NCBI GenBank assembly: GCA_034926675.1
Contig: JAYFQW010000006.1
Location: 184,217 to 248,216, forward strand
DNA: 64,000 nt
Direction of reading: 5' to 3'
Source of the DNA: Clostridia bacterium
GTDB taxonomy: Bacteria; Bacillota; DTU025
Shown here: positions 31,277-42,057 of the stretch, in pieces
Layout: the number at the start of each line of letters is the position of its first letter
Position numbering within the stretch: position 1 is the first letter of the stretch
Notes under the pieces: generated by a model
Told to the model about the DNA's origin: nothing
What the model saw: the letters and a program-made list of their open reading frames with translations, nothing else
The model's database searches: none
Made by a program: the position numbers and the translations under genes

Positions 31277-32715
31277 CTTCCCACACCTACTTTCACATTT
31301 CTGAACCTGGCTGGGGCAGTGCCGTGTCCAACACGCATGATCTGCAGGGGTTCGCCCTTTCCGCAATTGGGCACTCCCCACAACACCCACTCATCCCGCC
31401 CAGCCACGCCGTCGCAGGATCCCCAGAACTCAGGGGTTATTCCCGTATATGTAGGATTCTTCACCATCTCGGCAAGCTCGCCATTGCGGATGCGCCAGCC
31501 AATTTCGGCGCCGAATTGGAAGTTCAGTCGCCGGTCGTCGATGCTCCAGCTCCTGATGCCATCCACGAAAACCCCATCCTCAGTTCCACGAATGAGCGAT
31601 GCCAAGGACTCGCGCCCAGGTTCGAGGCATATGTTCGTCATCCTGATGATGGGCATCCGGTCCCATCCACTCGCCCTCATGGCCCCGTTGCTCGACGTGC
31701 CCAGAGCGGCCGCCGTCTCCCTCGACATCAGGTATCCCACGAACAAACCAGAGCGAACCAGGTCGCTTCTGCCGGAGGCAATGCCTTCGTCGTCATATCC
31801 GAAAGTCCCGAGGCCGCCTGGAATGGTGGAGTCTGCGTATAGGTTCACGTGTTTGGAGCCATATCTGAACTTGCCAAGCTTCTCTGGCGTGAGAAAGCTA
31901 GTGCCCGCGTATGATGCCTCCGTGCCGTACACGCGGTCGAGCTCCACAGGATGCCCGCAGGATTCATGGATCTGCAGTGCCATCTGGTTCGACCCGATGA
32001 TCAGAGTAGTCTTCATGGATGGGCACTGCTCCGCAGAGAGCAGCGCCTGAGCCTCAGAGCCCACTGCGCCGGCGTGCGCCGGAAGATCGAGGCTCTCGAC
32101 CCATTCGAACCCAGCTTGGCGCATGTTTCCGTCGAAAGTCCCCGGATAAGACCTGATCTGAACCTCTCCCCCGCCCACTGCCATCGCACTCACGGAGGAA
32201 GCTGTTATCACGGAATGCTGAGCTATGAATGATCCTTCGCTGCTCGCGAAGGTCTTCTCTTCGTCTATCGCGCGCATGCCCGCGTTGGCGATCCTCACAT
32301 CTGCTCCGGAAGCCATGGCCTTAGCGCATGCCTCCCTGAGTATGTCGATCTTCCGCGCCCGCGGGACCGACCACGGGTCCACCACACATGGTGAACTCCA
32401 CTCAGCCACCACGCGCTCGGCCGGTGCAAGCGCCGCGTCGTGCTTCCTCGCAACCGCACTCGCCCGTGCGATATCTGAAGCCTTACGAGCCACACTCGCG
32501 GCCTCGGCCTCGTCCACGCAGCCTGTGGCGGCGAAGCCCCATGCACCGTTCACAATCACTCTCACACCGAGCCCACTGAATGAGCCGCTGGATGCCTGAT
32601 CCACACAGCCATTGCGCACAGATAGCTGCTCCTCAGCTCCGCGAACTACCCGAACATCCGCGTACGTCGCACCTGCCGCCCGTGCAGCAGAAAGTGCGAT
32701 CTCAAGTTCTCTCAC
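31270..32715 (-). CDS. tldD: metalloprotease TldD
   Basis: It contains YADVRV.., HESCGHPVELD (the HExxxH-like TldD metal site) and the C-terminal GxC..G motif region. Confidence 0.9.
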   Translation of the reverse strand: MRELEIALSAARAAGATYADVRVVRGAEEQLSVRNGCVDQASSGSFSGLGVRVIVNGAWGFAATGCVDEAEAASVARKASDIARASAVARKHDAALAPAERVVAEWSSPCVVDPWSVPRARKIDILREACAKAMASGADVRIANAGMRAIDEEKTFASSEGSFIAQHSVITASSVSAMAVGGGEVQIRSYPGTFDGNMRQAGFEWVESLDLPAHAGAVGSEAQALLSAEQCPSMKTTLIIGSNQMALQIHESCGHPVELDRVYGTEASYAGTSFLTPEKLGKFRYGSKHVNLYADSTIPGGLGTFGYDDEGIASGRSDLVRSGLFVGYLMSRETAAALGTSSNGAMRASGWDRMPIIRMTNICLEPGRESLASLIRGTEDGVFVDGIRSWSIDDRRLNFQFGAEIGWRIRNGELAEMVKNPTYTGITPEFWGSCDGVAGRDEWVLWGVPNCGKGEPLQIMRVGHGTAPARFRNVKVGVGRW

Positions 32716-32719
32716 CGGT

Positions 32720-33631
32720 TCATGACACCTCCCGTTCTAGCATGCTATCGCCAATCTGACACACGAGTATGCCCGCGAATATCGTCACAGCGCCTGCATA
32801 CTGCCTGCCCGACATCTGCTCGGCGATGAGTATGCGCGCGAAGATCGCGGCAAACACCGGCTCCAACTGCAGAATGAGCGCCGCCCGAATCGGAGGGGTG
32901 TATTTCTGCGCCACAGTCTGCACCAGGTAAGCGAGGGCAGTTCCGCCAGCCCCGAGATAGGCGACCGATAGAACCAGTTCTCTGTTGTATGACAGCACCT
33001 CGGTGATGTCCCTCCCAGCGACCAGAGCTGCCAAGAGCGCTGCCCACACCATCTGGGTGAACGAGAGGAGCACCACATCATGCCTAGGAGAGTAATGCGC
33101 GAGCATCACAATATGGACCGCAAATGCAAAAGCGCACGCCAGCACCAGAAGGTCTCCGGCGGACGGACGCGCAGAACCAGATAGCGTGAGCATGCCGAGG
33201 CCGGCGAGGGCCACCCCCACCCCGGCCGCCTCGTAGCCGTGGACTCTCCTGCGTAGAATGATCCACTGAAGGAGCGGTGTGAACACCACGTGCATCCCTG
33301 TGATGAATCCAGCCTTCGATGCGGTGGTAGCGCCGAGGCCGTGTGTTTGAAGTATGAACCCGGAGAAGAGCGGGATGGACAGCAGCAGCCCTGCTCGCCA
33401 CGTCGCCCAGTTCAGTATTTTCACGCGATTCCAGGCCCCAAGCCCGATCAAGACCGCAGCCAGGGCGAACCTGGCGGCGATGAAGGCCGCCGGGTTTATC
33501 CCCTGCACAACAGTTTTGACTATCGCGAAACTCGTGCCCCATATGACGCAGATCCCCACTAGAGACAGATCTGCCATGAGCGACGCGCGGCGCCCGCGCG
33601 CCTCGCCATCTGTTCGACGCTCTACCAGCAA
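32720..33631 (-). CDS. EamA/DMT family transporter
   Basis: It has about ten hydrophobic helices and two EamA-like halves (..VIWGTSFAIVK.. and ..LGAGGTALAYLVQ..). The start may be the internal ATG at 33577 (MADLSLVG). Confidence 0.8.
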   Translation of the reverse strand: MLVERRTDGEARGRRASLMADLSLVGICVIWGTSFAIVKTVVQGINPAAFIAARFALAAVLIGLGAWNRVKILNWATWRAGLLLSIPLFSGFILQTHGLGATTASKAGFITGMHVVFTPLLQWIILRRRVHGYEAAGVGVALAGLGMLTLSGSARPSAGDLLVLACAFAFAVHIVMLAHYSPRHDVVLLSFTQMVWAALLAALVAGRDITEVLSYNRELVLSVAYLGAGGTALAYLVQTVAQKYTPPIRAALILQLEPVFAAIFARILIAEQMSGRQYAGAVTIFAGILVCQIGDSMLEREVS

Positions 33632-33641
33632 GGCCCCCGAC

Positions 33642-35180
33642 CTACTCCCATTCTATAGTGGCCGGGGGTTTGGTTGTGATATCATACACGACTCGGTTCA
33701 CCCCAGGCACTTCATTCACTATCCGCGTGGATATCCTGTCCAGCACTTCATATGGAAGCCTCGCCCAGTCCGCGGTCATCGCATCCTCGCTGATGACGGC
33801 CCGAACTACCGCTGGATACGCATAGGTGCGGAAATCCCCCATCACCCCAACGCTGCGCATGGCTGGCAGGATCGCGAAATACTGCCACAGACCCCTGTTC
33901 GCCCCGGAACTCTCTATCTCATCGCGGACGATGGCATCTGCTTCGCGGAGTATGCCGAGCCTCTCGCGGTTCACATCTCCGATGATCCTCACTGCAAGGC
34001 CCGGACCTGGGAACGGCTGCCTCTCCACAATCTGCGCTGGCAGGCCGAGCTCCCGACCGATCTGCCGAACCTCATCCTTGAACAGATCGCGAAGGGGCTC
34101 AACGAGTTCGAACTTGATATCCTCGGGCAGTCCGCCCACATTGTGATGACTCTTTATCGCAGCCCCCGGACGGCCTGTGGCGGATGCGCTCTCCACTACA
34201 TCAGAGTACAGAGTGCCCTGGACCAGGAAATGCACGTTCCCTAGCTTCGCAGCCTCATCCTCGAAGACCCGGATGAACTCCTCGCCGATGATCTTCCTCT
34301 TGGCTTCAGGGTCCACCACACCACTGAGCCTTCCCAGGAATCGTTCCTGCGCATCAACGACGATGAGGTTCATGTGGAAGTGGCGCTTGAATACATCCTC
34401 CACTACCTGGGCCTCTTCCTTGCGCAGAAGCCCGTGGTCTACGAAAACGCAGGTCAGCCTGGCCCCTATCGCCTTCTGGACGAGCAGCGCAGCGACTGAA
34501 GAATCCACGCCCCCGGAGAGTGCGCACACTGCTCGCTCATCGCCCACCTGCTTCGCGATATGGGCCACCGACTCCTCTATCACGGATCCTGCGGTCCAGT
34601 CCCTGGAGCAGCTGCACGCCTTCATAAGGAAATTCTCCAAAATCCTCTTGCCATGCTCAGTATGGGCGACCTCAGGATGAAACTGCACCCCCCAGATCCT
34701 CCGCTCACGGTGCTCAATCGCGGCGACTGGGGTATTTGCGGACCATGCGACCACCCTGAAACCTGCCGGAAGCTCCTCCACCGAGTCGCCGTGACTCATC
34801 CATACTCTGGAGGCCGGCGGAACCCCATCGAACAGGAGCGAGTCATCAGTGTGCTCTAGTTCTGTCCGGCCGAACTCCTGCCTGTCGGCCTTGCGGACCT
34901 CGCCCCCAAGGGCGCGAGCCACATGCTGCATTCCATAGCAGATTCCGAGGATCGGCACGCCCATGTCAAGGATCTTCGGATCCAGCGATGGTGCGCCTTG
35001 CTGGTATACGCTGGCCGGACCGCCTGAGAGTATGATCCCCGATGGCGCCATGCCCCGGACCGCCTCTGCGGAAGCGGAGTAGGGGATGATCTCGCAGTAC
35101 ACATTCGCCTCTCGAACCCTCCTGGCGATCACCTGGGTATATTGGGAGCCGAAATCGACAATAAGGATCTTGGACTTCAT
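33642..35180 (-). CDS. guaA: GMP synthase (glutamine-hydrolysing)
   Basis: [39 protein letters not shown] and the C-terminal ..KPPATIEWE are present. ATG 35180 was chosen; ORF-track 35294 overlaps hpt. Confidence 0.95.
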   Translation of the reverse strand: MKSKILIVDFGSQYTQVIARRVREANVYCEIIPYSASAEAVRGMAPSGIILSGGPASVYQQGAPSLDPKILDMGVPILGICYGMQHVARALGGEVRKADRQEFGRTELEHTDDSLLFDGVPPASRVWMSHGDSVEELPAGFRVVAWSANTPVAAIEHRERRIWGVQFHPEVAHTEHGKRILENFLMKACSCSRDWTAGSVIEESVAHIAKQVGDERAVCALSGGVDSSVAALLVQKAIGARLTCVFVDHGLLRKEEAQVVEDVFKRHFHMNLIVVDAQERFLGRLSGVVDPEAKRKIIGEEFIRVFEDEAAKLGNVHFLVQGTLYSDVVESASATGRPGAAIKSHHNVGGLPEDIKFELVEPLRDLFKDEVRQIGRELGLPAQIVERQPFPGPGLAVRIIGDVNRERLGILREADAIVRDEIESSGANRGLWQYFAILPAMRSVGVMGDFRTYAYPAVVRAVISEDAMTADWARLPYEVLDRISTRIVNEVPGVNRVVYDITTKPPATIEWE

Positions 35181-35187
35181 AGACTTT

Positions 35188-35763
35188 CTACTCCTCCGCC
35201 TCGCCGTTCCATACGTAATCCTTAGGCACGCCCACGTAGGGCAGATTTCGGTATATCTCCTGATAATCCAGTCCATAGCCCACAACGAATTCATCGGGTA
35301 TAACGAACCCGTTGTAGTCGGAGGATATATCGGCCTCGCGCCGGTCGGGCTTGTCCAGAAGCGTGCACACCTTCACGGATGCAGGTTTCCGGTTCCGGAG
35401 GCTCGCCGCCAGATAGCTCAAGGTGAGCCCTGAGTCGACTATGTCCTCCACTATCAGAATGTGCTTGCCCTCAACCGACGCATCGAGGTCCTTGATTATC
35501 CTCACCACTCCTGACGACCGAGTTGCAGCGCCATAGCTCGTTACGGCCATGAAATCGATGCCCACGGGAATCGTGATGGAACGCATCAGGTCCGACATGA
35601 AAACGAGCGCACCCTTGAGGATGCACACCAAGAGCAGGTCTTTGCCCTCATAGTCTCGCGATATCTCCGCGCCAAGCTCGGCGACGCGCGCCCTAAGCTG
35701 CTCTGGCGAGAAGAGTACCTCCTTGATGTCGTCTGCCACATGAGCCGAGAATCTCCCGGCCAT
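35188..35763 (-). CDS. hpt: hypoxanthine phosphoribosyltransferase
   Basis: It contains [14 protein letters not shown] (PRPP-binding motif) and the FVVGYGLDY tail. Confidence 0.93.
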   Translation of the reverse strand: MAGRFSAHVADDIKEVLFSPEQLRARVAELGAEISRDYEGKDLLLVCILKGALVFMSDLMRSITIPVGIDFMAVTSYGAATRSSGVVRIIKDLDASVEGKHILIVEDIVDSGLTLSYLAASLRNRKPASVKVCTLLDKPDRREADISSDYNGFVIPDEFVVGYGLDYQEIYRNLPYVGVPKDYVWNGEAEE

Positions 35764-35788
35764 TCTATAGGGCCCCCTTCAACCTATC

Positions 35789-35820
35789 GGGCCGGTCCGA
35801 CCGCGAGTGCGGACCGGCCC
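35789..35820 (-). terminator. 11-bp perfect GC hairpin between the Fe-S protein gene and hpt
   Basis: The sequence is GGGCCGGTCCG-N10-CGGACCGGCCC, downstream of the stop at 35874. No U-tract follows, so it may be an attenuator or RNA-stability element rather than a terminator. Confidence 0.35.
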
Positions 35821-35873
35821 GCGCAGGCCAATGGATTGTGATCAGCTCACCTAGTCTACCCAGTCGGCAATGG

Positions 35874-36386
35874 TCACCAGGACATGGCGATTCCGCGCGC
35901 CTCATGCACAAGCCTCTTTGGCACTGAGATGGTGACAACTGCAGTTTTGTTGCCGACCTTGGGCTGCTTGACGTCTACTACCGTCGCGTCGCAGATCTCC
36001 CGACCCTGCCGGTCAGTGGCGCGGACTCGTGCTCCTTTGAGGGGAACTGGGATGTACTCGAACGGAATGGTCACCTTGCCCTCGTCGCCGGAACCCGATG
36101 AATCCTCGATGAATATGGCGAGCCCAGGGCAGGCAGCGACGCATACTCCGCATCCGCGGCATTCTGCTTCGTCGAGCCGTGGCAGCCTGGTTATGGGATC
36201 TCCGACTGATATTGCGCCGAATGGGCATCCGGTCTCACATGGATTGCACGGAATCTCCTGCAGACACTCGATCACTGCCACAGCTCCGGAGGCCATGCGA
36301 TCAGCGCTGGGACACCCCTCTGAGGCCTCGACATCCTCCCATTTCACAACACCGTCGCGTTCGACGTCCTTCAACAAGTCACTCAC
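35874..36386 (-). CDS. small 4Fe-4S ferredoxin-type domain protein
   Basis: It contains CLQEIPCNPCETGCP and CRGCGVCVAACP (the second is a canonical CxxCxxCxxxCP), followed by a ~80-aa beta-rich tail. It overlaps the comB-like gene by 8 nt. Confidence 0.7.
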   Translation of the reverse strand: MSDLLKDVERDGVVKWEDVEASEGCPSADRMASGAVAVIECLQEIPCNPCETGCPFGAISVGDPITRLPRLDEAECRGCGVCVAACPGLAIFIEDSSGSGDEGKVTIPFEYIPVPLKGARVRATDRQGREICDATVVDVKQPKVGNKTAVVTISVPKRLVHEARGIAMSW

Positions 36387-37122
36387 CCCTCTGGGCCTGC
36401 AGAGCCCTTCTGATCACCCTTCGGTCGTATACCTTAGGCACCACGCTCATCACAGAGCGCTGAGAACAGTAGGTCACATCCTGCTCGAACCCTATCCCCG
36501 CAAGGTAAGCTCCGTGTTCTGAACGGAACAGCTCGGTTTCAATCGACGCCTCGCACCGCTCATACAGAATCGACGCCGCCCGCGCCGCATCGGAAACGTC
36601 CGCCCCCAGTTCCCTCCCAAACCTGGATGCGAGGAGACCCGCGCAGATCGTGTCCTCCATGCAAAACCTGCCATCCTGGCCGGAGCAGACGATCAGCACG
36701 TCGGAATCGGGACAAGCAGCACAGGCGTCAAAAACGGCATCTGCATTCAGGAAGCATGCCGTGAATATCTCGCGTGCGCCGGAGTACTCCTTAATCGCGC
36801 GCGTGCCGTTCGTGGTTGTGATGATGACTTTGCGCCCTGCCACCTTCTCGGGCGTGTACTCCTGTGGAGAGTTGCCAAGGTCAAACCCCTCAACGGCAAC
36901 ACCGCGGCGTTCACCCCCGAGAACATAGTCGGGCCTTGCATAGCCCCGCGCGATCTTGATGGCTTCCTCGATGCTCTCGGTGGGTATGACTTCCTCACAC
37001 CCGTTGGCAAGCGCAGTGGAAATGGTGGAAGTGGCCCGAAGAACATCCACCACCACTACTAGCAGGCGGGCGAGATCCTTCGGGATTGACTCGCTAGAAA
37101 ACAAGGAAACGTCGACTCGCAT
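36379..37122 (-). CDS. 2-phosphosulfolactate phosphatase (ComB) family protein
   Basis: VVVVDVLRATSTISTALANGCEEVIP .. ITTTNGTRAI matches the ComB family pattern. Confidence 0.8.
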   Translation of the reverse strand: MRVDVSLFSSESIPKDLARLLVVVVDVLRATSTISTALANGCEEVIPTESIEEAIKIARGYARPDYVLGGERRGVAVEGFDLGNSPQEYTPEKVAGRKVIITTTNGTRAIKEYSGAREIFTACFLNADAVFDACAACPDSDVLIVCSGQDGRFCMEDTICAGLLASRFGRELGADVSDAARAASILYERCEASIETELFRSEHGAYLAGIGFEQDVTYCSQRSVMSVVPKVYDRRVIRRALQAQRGE

Positions 37123-37194
37123 TACGGCTCCCCTTTCAGAAGATCTCCCCGGCCCGCCTACGCATTATCGTACGCGGCCGCCCACGAAAGCCCA

Positions 37195-38103
37195 TCATTT
37201 CGCCGATTTGCTCATGATCGAATTGACCATGGCCTCGATGCCTTCCCGGTCAGGCTCCCAGTAGGCTCCCTTGAAACGCCCGGGAAGGGTCGCTGAGTCG
37301 ACCGCTGTGGAATCGAGTGAGCGAAAACGCCACCCGACTGCGGTCATCTCCTCCGTGGTGAGATCAGTGCGTGTATACTCCTGCAGCACTTTCAGAATAG
37401 TGCGGTAAGATCGAACCCCGTCCCAGGTTGCGAGTTCCTTCAGAATGGCCTTCAGGAACTGCTGCTGCCTGCCGGCGCGGGAGATGTCGCCTAGGGCGTC
37501 GTGGCGGAATCTCACGTACTTCAGTGCGGTTTCGCCATCCATGTGGTATACGCCGGGCTTGAGGTCGAGATCATAGCCGCCGGCCTTGTCTTCGTAATTC
37601 ATGCGCTTGTCGACCGCGATCTCCACGCCGCCCATCGCATCAACCACCTCGATGAAGCTCTGGAAGTCGATAGCCATGTAGCGATGGACCGGGAGGCCCA
37701 CCAGATCGGATACGCACGAACGGGCGAGTTCAATTCCGCCTGTCACAATCGACGCATTGATCCGATGCACTCCCCCGCTTGGAAATCTCACCAGCGTGTC
37801 TCTGGGGATGGATACCAGCGTGGCCCCTGTTCCGTCTCTGGGAACCACCATCAACATGATTGCATCCATCCGTCCGGCAGTGGACACGGCTGCGCCGCTT
37901 CTGGTGTAGTTCTTGTCCTCCCCTATCAGCAGGATGTTGAATGATGATCCCGTAACGGGGAACCGGGTGTAACGAAGCAGGAGATAGCAACCTACTCCCA
38001 CAATGCCTGCTGCTATCGCCAGGACCACAAGCAAGGCGATGAACCATCGCGAACCGGACTTCCTGCGTTCTCTTCTCCGAATCGACTCCTTAGGCATCTC
38101 CAC
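37195..38103 (-). CDS. LytR-CpsA-Psr (LCP) family protein
   Basis: It has an N-terminal TM helix, then FNILLIGEDK..RMDAIMLMVV..LVSIPRDT... Confidence 0.85.
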   Translation of the reverse strand: MEMPKESIRRRERRKSGSRWFIALLVVLAIAAGIVGVGCYLLLRYTRFPVTGSSFNILLIGEDKNYTRSGAAVSTAGRMDAIMLMVVPRDGTGATLVSIPRDTLVRFPSGGVHRINASIVTGGIELARSCVSDLVGLPVHRYMAIDFQSFIEVVDAMGGVEIAVDKRMNYEDKAGGYDLDLKPGVYHMDGETALKYVRFRHDALGDISRAGRQQQFLKAILKELATWDGVRSYRTILKVLQEYTRTDLTTEEMTAVGWRFRSLDSTAVDSATLPGRFKGAYWEPDREGIEAMVNSIMSKSAK

Positions 38104-38167
38104 TACTCCCCGGGCTCACGGCCCAGATCTACTCGATTTAGTTCGACAGCAGATTCGTGTATCCTCC

Positions 38168-39217
38168 CTAACTGCGGGGCTCCGCATTGCCCTGCGGAGA
38201 GCCGAGTTTGGCGCCGGGAACCGCGTTCGCTGATAGTGACGACACATCTCCCCTGATCAGCCTGTAGTACCCGGCAGACGCGATCATGGCTGCGTTGTCT
38301 GTGCACAGCTCCAAGGGCGGGAAGACCACGTTGATCCCATGCTTCGACGCCAGGTCGTTCAAAGCTGATCTCAGAGCCGCATTCGCCGACACGCCTCCTG
38401 ATACTGCCAGCGTACGCATCCCGGTCATAGCAACAGCAGGCACTATCTTCGACACAAGATGGGAAATGGCCGCACGCTGGAACCCTGCGGCCACATCAGC
38501 AAGGTTCACATCCTCGCCACGCTGCACACCGCTGTGGAGATAGTTGATCACCGCAGTCTTGAGCCCACTGAAGCTGAAATCGAACGGACTCCCGTGAACC
38601 TGCGGAAGTGTAAACGGGATCGCTTCGGGATCACCCTCCCGCGCCAGTTTCTCCAGCTCCGGCCCTCCGGGGTACGGCAGTCCCATGACTCTGGCCACCT
38701 TATCGAAGGTCTCGCCCGCAGCATCGTCTCTGGTGCGCCCGAGTGTCTCATAGGCGCCGTGCGCCCGCATGGCGATAAGCTGCGTATGCCCACCTGACAC
38801 TGTAAGGCACAGAATCGGCGGCTCAAGCCCTGGGTGAGCCAGGAAGTTCGCGTATATGTGACCTTCGATATGATTCACGCACACCAATGGTGCACCAATG
38901 GAATACGCGATCCCTTTGGCAGCCGAGAGCCCTACAAGAAGGGCCCCTACAAGCCCTGGCCCACTGGTGACCGCCACCGCGCCCGTCTGCGCAAGGCCGA
39001 TCCCCGCGCGCTCAAGGGCCTGTTCAATCACGGGGATCACCGCTTCCACGTGCCGCCTGGATGCGATCTCAGGCACCACTCCTCCAAATCTCCTATGCAC
39101 CTCCACCTGAGAGGAGATCACGCATGAAAGGAGTTCCCGGCCGCCTCTCACCAGCGCAGCGGAGGTTTCATCGCAGCTAGTCTCGATACCCAGAACGAGT
39201 GCCTCGTCACGAGCCAA
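38168..39217 (-). CDS. tsaD: tRNA N6-adenosine threonylcarbamoyltransferase TsaD
   Basis: It contains VLGIETSCDETSAALV, HIEGHIYANF and GGVSANAALR. TTG 39217, 7 nt after GGGGAGGG, gives the usual ~6 residues before VLGIETS. The ORF-track start is 39241. Confidence 0.92.
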   Translation of the reverse strand: MARDEALVLGIETSCDETSAALVRGGRELLSCVISSQVEVHRRFGGVVPEIASRRHVEAVIPVIEQALERAGIGLAQTGAVAVTSGPGLVGALLVGLSAAKGIAYSIGAPLVCVNHIEGHIYANFLAHPGLEPPILCLTVSGGHTQLIAMRAHGAYETLGRTRDDAAGETFDKVARVMGLPYPGGPELEKLAREGDPEAIPFTLPQVHGSPFDFSFSGLKTAVINYLHSGVQRGEDVNLADVAAGFQRAAISHLVSKIVPAVAMTGMRTLAVSGGVSANAALRSALNDLASKHGINVVFPPLELCTDNAAMIASAGYYRLIRGDVSSLSANAVPGAKLGSPQGNAEPRS

Positions 39218-39734
39218 GCCGAACCCTCCCCACATCAGCACAGCTTGAATCGGTCTGGCAATGGCCCGCTGCCTGGAGCGCGATGGGGAGATCGTCGAGC
39301 CACATCACCATGGCATCCTCCAGGTTATCAAGGTAGTACCTTGGTCGTATTCCCGTAGAAACGAAGCCGAGCTTCTCATAGAGGGCCTGAGCAGAAGCAT
39401 TTGACGCCCTCACCTCCAGCGTCATGCGAACGATGCCGCGTCGCGCAGCCATTGACATGAGAGAAAGCATAATGGCCATTCCCACGCCGCGCCTGCGGAA
39501 ATCGGGGTGCACTGCGACATTCGTGACGTGCGCTTCCTCGAATATGAGCCACATTCCGCCGTAACCCTGAGCCTCCCCGTCCGTCCCTCTCAGAACAACA
39601 TACACGGCTCGATCGTTTCGCGTGAGCTCATCGATGAACGCGTCACTGCTCCATGGGCTGCTGAAGGAAAGCCGTTCGATCTCGGCCACTCTATCCACAT
39701 CAGCGATGGTCATAAGCTCCGCTGTTGGCCGCAT
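39207..39734 (-). CDS. rimI: ribosomal-protein-alanine N-acetyltransferase RimI
   Basis: It has a GNAT core (VHPDFRRRGVGMAIMLSL) and sits in the conserved tsaB-rimI-tsaD position. Confidence 0.85.
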   Translation of the reverse strand: MRPTAELMTIADVDRVAEIERLSFSSPWSSDAFIDELTRNDRAVYVVLRGTDGEAQGYGGMWLIFEEAHVTNVAVHPDFRRRGVGMAIMLSLMSMAARRGIVRMTLEVRASNASAQALYEKLGFVSTGIRPRYYLDNLEDAMVMWLDDLPIALQAAGHCQTDSSCADVGRVRLGS

Positions 39735-40453
39735 GGGCGCTTTCCTCCCTGCCTCTGCTTGATCTCAGCCTCTGAGGCTCGCAGATACATCGGCGCCAAG
39801 TGACGTGGGTCCTGCCCGAGCCCTGATAACAGCAGGTGACGGCCGAGCAACCCGACCTGGGCAGGCCTGAGAATCGCGAAAGCCGGCGGCGGCGCCGAAC
39901 CACGATCCCCCATGGCGGACAGGATAGAGTCACCGTACGCAATGGCCCCGTCGCCCACAAAGAGCAGCCGATCACCGTCGTGCGCCATCGCCCGCGCGGC
40001 ATCCACAACCGAGGACACGTCCATGATAGCATAGTCGCTGATCTGTTCGGCAACGCCCCACGGCGTGAGTGGCCTGAACGACGCAGAGTAGCACCGTTCA
40101 TGCCTGGCGTCAATCAGCGACCAGATGGCGGAGCACCCGCCTCCGCGTCCGTATGCCAGAGCATCGAGGGCGGACACTCCCGCCATCGGAACCCCAAGTG
40201 CATATGCCATTCCCTTGGCGGCCGACACGCCGATGCGAACTCCAGTGAAGGATCCAGGGCCGATGCCGCAGGCTATGGCGCCAATATCCCGGGGGACAAT
40301 GCCTGCTCCGGATATGACCGATTCCACACAGGACATGAGCCTCTCGGAATGAGCGACACTCACATTCATTATCTGTTCAGCGACGAGGATATCGTCATCA
40401 AGCAGCGCGACGCCTCCGACCATAGTCGAAGTGTCTATGGCAAGAGTCAGCAA
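39710..40453 (-). CDS. tsaB: tRNA t6A biosynthesis protein TsaB
   Basis: MLTLAIDTSTMVGGVALL.., GPGSFTGVRIGVSAAKGMA are present. Confidence 0.87.
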   Translation of the reverse strand: MLTLAIDTSTMVGGVALLDDDILVAEQIMNVSVAHSERLMSCVESVISGAGIVPRDIGAIACGIGPGSFTGVRIGVSAAKGMAYALGVPMAGVSALDALAYGRGGGCSAIWSLIDARHERCYSASFRPLTPWGVAEQISDYAIMDVSSVVDAARAMAHDGDRLLFVGDGAIAYGDSILSAMGDRGSAPPPAFAILRPAQVGLLGRHLLLSGLGQDPRHLAPMYLRASEAEIKQRQGGKRPCGQQRSL

Positions 40454-40920
40454 GACTGCATCTCCTCCAAGATACGCCTGTATCTACCGCCCTGAGGCCG
40501 AAACACTAGTACACGCGAGTCATCATCCGGGCCAGGCTCTATTCGAATCGAGAGATGATCGTACCCTTCCAACAGCCCATATGCTTCAGGCCACTCCACG
40601 ACAGCGACCCCGTTCCCGCCGAAATACTCGTCGAGCCCCGCGTTCTCCACATCCTCGGCCGACGAAAGCCTGTACAGGTCCAGATGGTACACAGGCACTC
40701 GGCCCCTGTACTCCTGCGCCAGCACAAATGTGGGGCTCGATACCTCGGATGGGTCAACGCCAAGTCCAGAGGATATTCCTCTGGCAAGGCACGTTTTGCC
40801 AGCCCCAAGACGACCGGCGAGGCACAGAATGTCGCCAGCGTCGAGAAGCCTGCCAAGTCCGCATCCTATGGCGGCGGTCTCAGCAGGCGAATGCGATACG
40901 ATCCGCATTTCCGCGCTCAT
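40447..40920 (-). CDS. tsaE: tRNA t6A biosynthesis ATPase TsaE
   Basis: It contains GDILCLAGRLGAGKTCLARGI (P-loop), YHLDLYRL and VVEWPE. Confidence 0.88.
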   Translation of the reverse strand: MSAEMRIVSHSPAETAAIGCGLGRLLDAGDILCLAGRLGAGKTCLARGISSGLGVDPSEVSSPTFVLAQEYRGRVPVYHLDLYRLSSAEDVENAGLDEYFGGNGVAVVEWPEAYGLLEGYDHLSIRIEPGPDDDSRVLVFRPQGGRYRRILEEMQSC

Positions 40921-40997
40921 CTACAGGCACCACCATTAGCCCGACATGTCGCCCACACTGAGGCGCCACTGGCACTCACACAGCATAACGTCGTAGA

Positions 40998-42056
40998 TTA
41001 TACTTCGCCGCAGCCAACCTGACAACCCGTTAAGGCGCCAGAGAACTCGTGCAGATAGAAACAGGCACTCATCCTTCCCACAGCGTCGCCTCTGTGATTC
41101 TGGATCGGACGCTCAACCGCGGTATCCGGCGCCGTCAGCATCTTTTCGTCTGCGGCCCCGATCTCCCGAAGAACCTCCATCACAGCTGTGGGAAGCGCTC
41201 TTGCCCCGCCATCCTCGATTTTCACAGCCACGCCGATCCCGAGTTCAGGCAGACCGAGGCAGAACAGGCCTTCCGCGCCTCCCTTGGCAAAGATCCTCCC
41301 ATTCGCGCCTCGCATCAACTTGGACCCAAAATCCTGAGTGCCGCCAATCATGTTCGGATACCGGAGCATGGCCTCAACCACGAGGCGCGCAGGCTCGCGA
41401 TATATAGCCGGCAAGCTGCTTGGCCTCGACATTCTGGCATAAGCGTACGCCATATTGGCTATCGGCATCCCGAACACAACTACCCCGCACCCGTCTACAC
41501 CCCGTATGACGCGCTCCTTGCGGAGACCACACACTTGGGAAACGGCCTCCCACATGTCGACCTGCACTGGATGGTCACGCTGGAAGTAGCCATCGGTCGG
41601 ATATCCCTTGTGGACAGCATAGGCCAGCATTCCCGCGTGCTTCCCCGAGCAGTTGTTGAACACCGGGGATAGGGAAATCCCATCTCGGATGATTCTCGCC
41701 GCCTGCTGAGAGTTGATCGGCTGATGGCTCCCGCACCTCAGGTCCGATTCGGAAAGCCCGATCTTGGCCAGGATGCTGGCAACTGCAGCGATGTGCATGT
41801 CCTCACCGTGATGGGATGCTGACATTGCAGCCACTTCCTCAGTGGTTATCCCGAACCTCTCCACCGCGCCTGATTGGATGATCGGGAGGACCTGAAGCGG
41901 CTTGGCTGACGACCTAAAGTAGGTGACATACAGCGGATCGCCCGCGTGGTGCAGTATCCTTCCGGAGGAATCCACCACAGCAACATGCCCTCTGTGTATA
42001 CTCTCCACCAGCTCGCCTCTATACAGCGAAACAAGAGTCTCGGATGGAATGCCCAT
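40998..42056 (-). CDS. asparaginase II family protein (Rhizobium-type L-asparaginase)
   Basis: It contains ESIHRGHVAVVD, FRSSAKPLQ, SASHHGE, CGSH and NNCSGKHAGMLA. ATG 42056 lies directly after the upstream stop; ORF-track 42086 overlaps the upstream gene. Confidence 0.85.
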   Translation of the reverse strand: MGIPSETLVSLYRGELVESIHRGHVAVVDSSGRILHHAGDPLYVTYFRSSAKPLQVLPIIQSGAVERFGITTEEVAAMSASHHGEDMHIAAVASILAKIGLSESDLRCGSHQPINSQQAARIIRDGISLSPVFNNCSGKHAGMLAYAVHKGYPTDGYFQRDHPVQVDMWEAVSQVCGLRKERVIRGVDGCGVVVFGMPIANMAYAYARMSRPSSLPAIYREPARLVVEAMLRYPNMIGGTQDFGSKLMRGANGRIFAKGGAEGLFCLGLPELGIGVAVKIEDGGARALPTAVMEVLREIGAADEKMLTAPDTAVERPIQNHRGDAVGRMSACFYLHEFSGALTGCQVGCGEV

Positions 42057-42057
42057 T

